Assembly (NCBI GenBank): GCA_964276515.1
Contig: OZ193909.1
Location: forward strand, 8,370,001-8,434,000
Direction of reading: 5' to 3'
Source of the DNA: Gordius albopunctatus
Taxonomy: Eukaryota
DNA: 64,000 bases
Shown here: positions 55,901-64,000 of the stretch, one piece after another
Position numbering within the stretch: the stretch's first letter is position 1
How the letters are laid out: every line of letters starts with the position of its first letter
Made by a program: the position numbers and the translations under genes
Notes under the pieces: model-generated
Databases searched by the model: none
What the model saw: only the letters and a program-made list of their open reading frames with translations
What the model was told of the DNA's origin: nothing

Positions 55901-58900
55901 TCGTATCTAAATAAGTTTGCTTGTAACAATTACGGCCTCAACATACCAGTGTGGGATACCCGCATACTAACAACCAAAGCACTCAAACCCTACTACTTAT
56001 TTTTGACGTCGTTGAAAAGTGGGAAAGAGCAGCACCAACAGCACAAGGGTGGACAAGTGTGGATATCGCCTTACTTGGACGCCCTCAATTCTGACCTCAT
56101 AATAACCGCTTCCAAGGCTGTATACAGCTTAAAGACGGGAAAGTGAGAGAAGTTTTAGAAGCTTAATTCTGGAAGAAATTATGAAATATATAAATGGGAA
56201 TAGACCTTTAAAAATCTAAAATTTATGTTGCCGTGTTAGATATTCTAAGATCTATCACTATAGTCAATTTTAATATCAACTTTACTATGTAAAATCGATT
56301 AAATTACATCGCAACCTAAGCTTAAAGATTTATTAATAATGTGGCATTTTTTATTGTTGGATTGTAGCAGATGTTAACACTTATTTTAGTTTTATTTATA
56401 TTTTCACCTATTTTGGTGGTGATACAAATAAATGATAAATGGCAATATATTACCGTGTTGTTAGCTGTTTGCTAAACTTTAAACAAATATAAAGTGCTAA
56501 TTATGGCTTTCATCGTTTAAATGTAGCAATACCGGTAATTATATGAATCATTTTTTACCAAAAGATCGATACTTAATTTGTTATATACAATTTTTTAGGC
56601 ACATCTTTCTTTTCTGTTATAATGACATTTAATACAAATTAGTTTTCATATATAAATTCCTTTATATGATATTTGCCATAGAAAACTTTCTTGAACTTTT
56701 CTTTTACTAAATAAAATATAAATATATTTTGGAATTATATTCGATTCAATTATATTTTAAATCCTAATAAAAGTATTATATAATTGGCCTGAAGCTACTG
56801 ATTTTATGTATCAGAAATAATATGCATCGCGTCAGGAATTATTAAAGCTGCGTTAATAAATGCTTAACCTTATTATTTTCAAAACCTGAAAAAAAGTATT
56901 AACTCAGTTATCTTATAAATTTTTAAGGATGTGCCACATTTCATATATCCCCAAGAAAAATTGCAAGATTATTTATAACTTTTACTCGAAGGTTTGTAAT
57001 AACATAGTAACTAACAATTAAATTTACAATTTTAGCGCCACGCTATAGCTCTAGCGCCTCCAAGTGATTAGGTGCCATGGGGGTAACCAGTGGTGCAGAG
57101 AGGGGCGACTCCCCCCTTCTAAATCCAAAAATCTTTATATAATTAGGGTTAAAATACCAAAAAATATATTATTTTGCCCCTTTTTAAATAATTCTTGTCC
57201 CCCTCTAAAACCATTCCTTCCTACGCCTATGTTAGGTTGGCTTATAGCACCTTTGCCCATGGGCGTAGGCAGGGGGGGGGGGCGGCCGCCCCCCCCCCCT
57301 GAATGAGAATTTTTCTATTTTTTAATGTAAATTTATGTAAAAATTGAAAAAAATTAGTGTTTCGCCCCCCCCCCCTGATTGAAATTAAGTTTTATATGTA
57401 GAAAATTTTATACCAAAAAAAGGTCTCGGCGACCTTTTTTTTGCTCTCACCTAGTCTCGGCGACCTTTTTTTTTTTTTGCTCTCACTTAGTCTCGGCGAT
57501 TTTTTTTTGCTCGCCCCCCCCCCCTGATCCGAAAGCTGGCTACGCCCATGCCTTTGCCACTTTGTGTTATAGCTCTAACGCCTTCAAGTATGATATAGCT
57601 CCAGCGCCTCCAAGTGTCTATGCGCTATAGTTTATAGCGTTAAAGTGACTATCCGTTCTGCTTTAACGCCTACCAAAAGCTATTTCCTCATCACATATAT
57701 ACTCCTAGCTCCACCGTATCTTTCTCATCTTCGTGGCCTGCAATAACATTTTTCCGTGGGGTTTTGTGCCCATGTTTCACTTTCATAGAGTAACACCGGT
57801 CTTACGCTGGATTTGTAAGCTTTGCTCTTCTATCATTTGTCACATTACACCGGATGTATTTCGCCATTTAAGCCCTCCCGAGTATTGACTTCGTTGCGCA
57901 AACTCCCTCTGGATGTAGCTGTATGTAAACCTGTCTATTTAGGTACTTTATATGGTATCTAGCGATGGGGTCCCTTTATCATCTCCATGTAAACCGTTTT
58001 TCGATTGCTGACCATTAAACTATATCCAACTAAGCGCTTTGACCATTTTTTGGCTTCTTCGAATACTTTCTCATTGTCTCTTCGCATAGTACTATATCAT
58101 AGGCATATTGCATACACCATGGCGATAGCTTCTGAATGTCTCTCGTTATCGTGTCCATAATTATTTTTAATTAAAATGGACTTAGAGCAGATCCTTGATG
58201 TAATCCAATTTCAATTGCAAAAAGGTTAGAGTCCTGTCAACGCACAAATTTGAGTTTTCATAAACATTTTTGATAAGCCATACCTATGCCATCATATTAA
58301 CAAGGGACCGTGTCATAAGCTTTCTTTAAGTCGATAAAGATCATATGTAGGTCTCTTTTCTTTTCACCATATTTATCGATCATTAGTCTTAATGCAAAGT
58401 TTTGGTAAATTATAATTTGCCGGTCACAAATCGGATTGTTTAGCCGATATTTCAACCTCGTTTTTCAGCCTTCTTACTAAAATCATTTCCCTAAGCTTCA
58501 AGGAGTAGCAAGTTAGTTTGGTATCTTTGTAATTGCCACAATCCTGAGGATCTTTTTTGCCTTTAAATAAGGGTATAACCGCACTTCTCTCCATTTATTA
58601 GGAATTCGCTCTTCAATCAATATCTTGTTAAAGAGATTCGTCATGGTCGTGTTGCCCCTTCTCGGCATCCGTCTCATGCTTCCAGAAGAATTTCATTTGG
58701 GCCACTAGCTTTTACTTTTTGCATCTTTTTCATTCTTAACTTCATCCTCCTGAAAGAGTTTGACCTTAGCTTAATATCGCGAAGGGATTTTTTTCATTTT
58801 CAATATTCATATGTTCCTTAAAAATCCTTTCAATAACTTCCATCGGCTTGGATAAGGTTTGGCTCTTCTCGTTTTTGAATATTTTAAAAACTTGATACCG

Positions 58901-61900
58901 CGACTTTCCCTTTATCTTGGCCAATTCATACATAAGCTTGTCCCCTTTTTAATCCAGTTTTGTTTGTCTCGGTGTACGCGGCATTTTTCACTATTGCAAC
59001 GGCCTTTCTCGCGACTCTTTACCTCCTTATACTCCTCCTTGTTTGATTTATGCCACTGTCTATTATATAGATTTTTACGATGAAACCCTAAACGATTGAT
59101 TTCACCACTCCCTTTTTCTTTCGGGCAATACTTTTCTTTCACGATTCATAACAAGTGGACAATATTGCGTGCCGATTTCTTCTCCCCGTATTACCTTGCA
59201 ATCTTCAATCCTTTATAAATCCTTTCGCCATATGAGCAAATAGTCAATTCTACCAAAACGCTTCCCATTTCTAAAAGTCACAATGTATCATCGCGCCTTT
59301 TAGATATTATTTATTTATACTGTTAAGTCACTCTATATGGGGTGTTCTAATTATTTCCCCTAATACCTATATGACATTTTTGCCCTTATTTCTATGAGGC
59401 TAGCCTAGATTCGGGATGGGGTGTGGAAAAGATTTGAAAAAGGAGAAAAATGAAAACTATATATCATTTTGATCAAAATATTTAACTAAACTAGACATCA
59501 TACTTAACTATTTGATGCTAAAATCACATTGTGCTTTTTAACGTTTTAAAGACTTATTGGTGTAGTTGGGATCGACATAACCTTGGACGCGATAGAAGAG
59601 GCACTTTCCAAAGAGACCTGGAATTCTGTCACCTATTTTGTCATAGATCGATACGGGCACGCCATATTACACCCATTGATTAAACACAGCGAAGAGGTAA
59701 ACTTCCATTATCCCAAAATTTGTATGTGATTTTAGCTTTTTCGTTTTTACACTCTTATTTTAAAAAATATTCAGTTTGCACTGCATTTATGGTTTATCTC
59801 AGCGCGGTAAGGCTTAATGATGGTTATACACCTCTAGTGAAAACTCATTTATTTAAAATGTGAAATTTAAATTGCGCTCCATTTTTGGCCTTAGTTTAGA
59901 AAAATTTGTTACACATATTTAAAGAGATTATATTTTATTTAGGTTAGGGCTAAAATAACTAATTTGAATGGTCTAAGGAGGGAATTAATTTACTTCAAAA
60001 TTTGTATTTTAAAAAGGAATCAGGTTGAGTTTGGGTTTTTTAGCAGGATTTACGGAATTATAGACAAATACGTTTGCTAGATATAATTCATATATCTTTA
60101 AATTTTACCGCATGTTATGGATTATCCATTCTTTTTTTACGAACTGGCCTTTGAATTAGAGAAAAATATAAAGTTATAAATAATTTTTCAATTTAGTCCC
60201 AATTTGATTCTATGTTTGCATTTTCAAATATTTAAACTATGGTAAATTAATAAAAAAATCGTTTGCCTGTATTGGTACTAAAATTTTTTGGTCTTTAAAT
60301 TAGGGAAAATTTTGTTTGGTTGTGAAAATATGGGGAAAATTTATTGAGCTTTAAAAAAATCGTTTAGCTGTATAATTTAAAATTTTAAAAGCTGCTAAAT
60401 TGCTAATTTAACAAAAATCTTAAGGTTTAGAAAAGTACTAACCCATAATTTTCTTTCAGTAAAGCATCTATTTGTGAAGGGGTATCAATTTAAGTCATAT
60501 TTATGATTGCCAGGCAAACTTAACGGTTATGTCTTAGCTATGTTAAAATACAAAGAAATTTGTTAGACTAAACTAAAGTTAACATGATCAAAATAAGATG
60601 GGATAGTTAGAGAATTAAAAACAAGTATTAAGACCTCGGCTTCGCCCATTACATTTAAATCCCAAGTATTAAAAAGAAATTACCACATTAAGTCCTTGAT
60701 TATAAATACTATATAATTTTTCCCGTTCATTTTAAAAGATAAAAATTTGTCTCTTAAAATTATTACTTAAAAATTATTAGCTTACCGGCGATCCCATCTT
60801 TATTCACATAACTTTGCTGGAACAATTTGATTCGATGCCGCATAAATTTGAAAACGTCTTAGAACGCATGCTTAATCGCGAGATAGGAACAGAGATAATA
60901 AATAAAGATGCCTACATAGCAATTTACAACGGGGAATATCAAGAGGGTTTGTCTTGGAAACCAATATATCGTATTGATTATAGTTTCGGACCTCTTCAGG
61001 GTAAACTCTCCATTTCACTCTACTCTATTTTATTTAATAATTACGAGTGTCCTAATATTTTATCTAAACTTTATTCTTATAATTTTATAATACAAAGGGC
61101 AATCGCAGATATGGGTTATCTGTTTTAAAAGGGCTTAGGTTTTATGTTTACATCCCATTCACATTATTATACCGAGTAAGCATTTAATCTCTTGTAAAAT
61201 CTCTAAAATTTGACTGCAAACATCAGAGAAACCTTTTGTAAGGAATTCAGAAGCAATCGCGGCTTTTTGGGCTTCTTACTCGTGACGATTTCTTCTTCTC
61301 CTTTATCATGTATTTGGTCCTACAATCATGGGGTTTGTTTTGATAAGCTTGTCCCATCTGGATCTCGTAAGCGCCGTGTCTTGATTTATCTTCTTGGTTT
61401 CATAACTTTGTCTACTTTCCCTTTCCACGTGAAATGAGGTTGTCCTCTTCCTCTCTAAATCCCCGCCACCTCCATGTTTAATACTTTCGATTACTTCATT
61501 CGTTCCCCTTCTTAGTATAAAGAGCTGTTTGAATATCATGCGCGTAGTCAAGGGGACGGGGAGCAAGGAGGGGCGGCTGCCCCCCTTTGTAAATTCAACA
61601 AAAATTTTGAATAAAATTATGGCTAAAATTTCAAAGAATAATGACCTTTGCCCATCCCTAAATCATTATTGCCGCTGCCCCCCCCCCCCATACTAATTCC
61701 AATTCTGGGTACGCCAATTTTACAATATATAAAAACGAATTGGAAATACTCATTTTTTGCAACACTACAGTTAATAAATGTTTATACAACACCTAGTTAT
61801 GTATGATGCCTGTGTAAGTTCCTGACAATAATGTTTGATTACTTTTTAACGTTTCTCATAATTGTTTATTTCTTTGACAATAGAGAATCTTGTGATTCTC

Positions 61901-63360
61901 TGCAATCTTATTATTATATGTTTCAACCTTATGCATTATTATAAGTATCATGTTGTAAATTTCAGGTTCAGATTATAGCTTCGCCTTTAAAATACCGTTT
62001 GCGGATAACCTGTTCACCATCCCGATGACCCCAATGGACGCGACCAAGACCACATTCTTATCCGACGTAGATGGCTATCTTAAGCTGTCACGCAATCCTA
62101 TGCGCGGTTTTGGTCGACAGATCGATAGCTTTGTCCAGTCTTTCGTAGACTATCGAACTAATGGTCATAGCAAAATATCATTTTTTCACATTATTTTATT
62201 ACTATCTTACCAAGTCGATCAGAGAGTTTGAGTTTTTCTAACACTGCCATTTAATAATAAATCTCACGCCCGAACCCTTTTAATATCCGTTCGGCCATTC
62301 CCGGATGATTAGACTGCCCGGCCCAAATTAATGATTTTTAAATTATAACAGTAATTTCGTTAGATTTCCACAAAAATTTAATTTAATTCTCAATTTTTTG
62401 GTGACCGGGCCGGGCTTTTCTGGTATATGTAATCGATTTTTGCACCCCTATCATAACTCACATAATACAACTTTAATAATACAAGAACATATTTTTCATT
62501 TGGTAATGACTTAGTTAAGTAAATTCCCTATGAATTTTCTTATAAACCCAAATCAATTTAATTTTTTAAAACTTTTTCTACATTCCGCGTTTTGGCTTGT
62601 TTTTGGATCACGCATGTCGAGCTTACAGCGTTTTATTTTCTATACTATATGATTTTGATATTTAAATTTATAACGAGTATGTTAATTCTTACCAATAGTT
62701 GAAATTTCCTACAATTATTCGGCCTTGCACTTGTCATCAAAAGCCTTCTGTTCTCCCGAAGATTACGTAAACCAAGATAAACCAAATTTAGAAACTCTTC
62801 ACATAATCTTGAACACACCGCAGCGGCCTTTTGAGTCATGTACCTCGGGCAGAGGAATCATCAAACCTCATTTACAGTAGATCTTTTATAGGCCATTCTC
62901 TTTCCTTATTGTTAACAATGTTTTAAAATTCTTATAAATACCAACCTTGTTGAATAATTTTTTGCCTAAATTGAATCCATTCTAGTGGACAATTAGTTTC
63001 TTTACATTAGACCTTATTAGAAACACCGATTCAACGCGAGCTTATTTCTTTAATTAATATTGTTGCCAAAAAACATATACATTTGAAAATTCTGTTTGTT
63101 TACGCGCTAAAATAAGTCAATAATTTTTTGAGCTGTTAAGACTTTCTACATCTTAAAATTGCATAAATAAAAGGCGCAAATATGTTTATTTCTTAAATTT
63201 CTAGAGCAGATATAGCTATCACTGCTAAGATGGAGAGCGTTTGGCAGGCGAGACCCCAAGAACATCAAAAAGATATGGTAGTAACTTTGATTAGCACTTT
63301 CAATGGCATGACTCGTGTCTATCCAGCCATGCAAGTGGAGAGATCTTTTGAGGCACTCAA
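46988..63360 (+). CDS. CACHD1: CACHD1-like / voltage-gated calcium channel alpha2delta-family protein (dCache with inserted VWA); 3' end outside the window
   Basis: In-frame exons: 46988-47225, 47262-47439, 47475-47624, 52255-52437, 54147-54386, 55187-55436, 55862-56142, 59552-59696, 60781-61000, 61966-62163, 62699-62876, 63205-63360. Motifs: signal peptide, AVMWSSNLEKVFMENF...RYQYFGSTTGMFRSFP, DARVRPWY, YDASSTM, ILFITDG, SPYLDA, LIGVVGID, YFVIDRYGHAILHP, STFNGMTRVYP. The family is secure; CACHD1 versus CACNA2D orthology is tentative. Confidence 0.85.
50253..51270 (-). mobile_element. Internally deleted hAT transposon in a CACHD1-like intron
   Basis: TIRs tagagatctgca / tgcaggtctcta, with a perfect 8-bp TSD atcctaag. 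Decayed coding remnant 50671-50913 (PAHRV...ILNSPFLWNGYGM) resembles hAT CxxH and TRWNS regions. Confidence 0.85.
51294..51461. mobile_element. hAT-type MITE (catgggcgtagc family)
   Basis: TIRs catgggcgtag / ctacgcccatg, with a degenerate TSD aacacaac / gacacgac. Confidence 0.75.
57258..57550. mobile_element. hAT-type MITE (catgggcgtag family)
   Basis: TIRs catgggcgtag / ctacgcccatg, with a perfect 8-bp TSD cctttgcc. An older relative lies at ~57076-57231. Confidence 0.9.
57690..59300 (-). mobile_element. Decayed RTE-clade LINE (end of APE endonuclease plus RT), antisense in a CACHD1-like intron
   Basis: TFRNG..RIDYLLI, DCKVIRGEEIGTQ, WRESAVIPLFKGKKDPQDCGNY, KYGEKKRDLHMIFIDLKKAYDTVP, IGLHQGSALSP; many stops and frameshifts. 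Confidence 0.88.
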
Positions 63361-64000
63361 GTACTGATTAATATTTGACTCTTTATTTATCATACTAGAT
63401 CATCCATCGACTGAGTAAATGTGTTGTTTTATTTATAACACAGACAAGCATATTTCAACAAAGCCTTACTTAACATTGGCAAAAATGTCATAATACCAAC
63501 GTTTAAACCTCACTTTAAACTTACGTCTGCCCGAATTCTTACCATGGCTCGTGCGATTATGTTGGGCAAGCCTAGGTGTACCAAGGGTAATCGATAATAT
63601 AAATTTATTGAACCTTATATGCACAGATACATTTTGATAGATCTAAGATTTATAACTTGAGGATGTGATAATTTGGAATTCACGCCGTTTAAAATTTGTG
63701 AAAGTTAGTTTGGTTATGGATAGAGTCTCTTTAAAATAATCTGTTATAAAGTGATATTACTAAAATTAGTTAGGCTAAAACATCTCTAAATTACAACGAA
63801 TGAACTTTTCTAGAACATTAATCCATGAAATTGATTTGCGAGTAAGAGATTTAAGTGATATAGTTTTAGTATTAAATATTCCAGGAACTTTTGGCTCTCA
63901 TTAGCTTAAACTGGAAATTAAAAATGCAAAATTATACTATTCCATAGAGGCCCAGGTATACGCCTTTTACGATATGATATTTGTCTTTTTATAAGATGTC

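Noticed and set aside
61150..61570. More GC-rich intronic stretch with short ORFs on both strands
   Set aside because: Probably old TE debris. It has no convincing motif and is not needed for the CACHD1-like reading frame.
63361..63398. Apparent 38-nt intron after the last identified CACHD1-like exon
   Set aside because: Splicing there gives a stop after five codons, in the middle of the second dCache domain. The true next exon is more likely beyond the window.

Overview
AT-rich, repeat-dense genomic DNA from an invertebrate animal. The species cannot be determined from the window alone. Four spliced host genes could be reconstructed by hand: a secreted serpin (+, 7532-9382, 399 aa), ARF6 (-, 16736-19894, 175 aa), a KIAA2013/DUF2152-like membrane protein (+, 32555-41398) and a CACHD1/alpha2delta-family VWA-dCache protein (+, from 46988, running off the window). 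Transposable elements fill the rest: a full-length but frameshifted Ty3/gypsy element (220-bp LTRs, CTAG TSD, tRNA-Trp PBS), remnants of Helitron, P/THAP9, pogo-like DDE, hAT and RTE elements, many hAT-type MITEs with 8-bp TSDs, and a 119-bp satellite. A DINE-1/HINE-like family carries internal tandem arrays and repeated tRNA T-arm/B-box motifs. The most unusual signal is splicing. At least eight 34-38-nt GT-AG introns are required by protein homology, six clustered at the 5' ends of two host genes and two inside transposase remnants. Donors are weak, AAG acceptors are frequent, and one GAG acceptor follows an A-tract. All gene models and family assignments come from manual translation and motif recognition; no database search was run.
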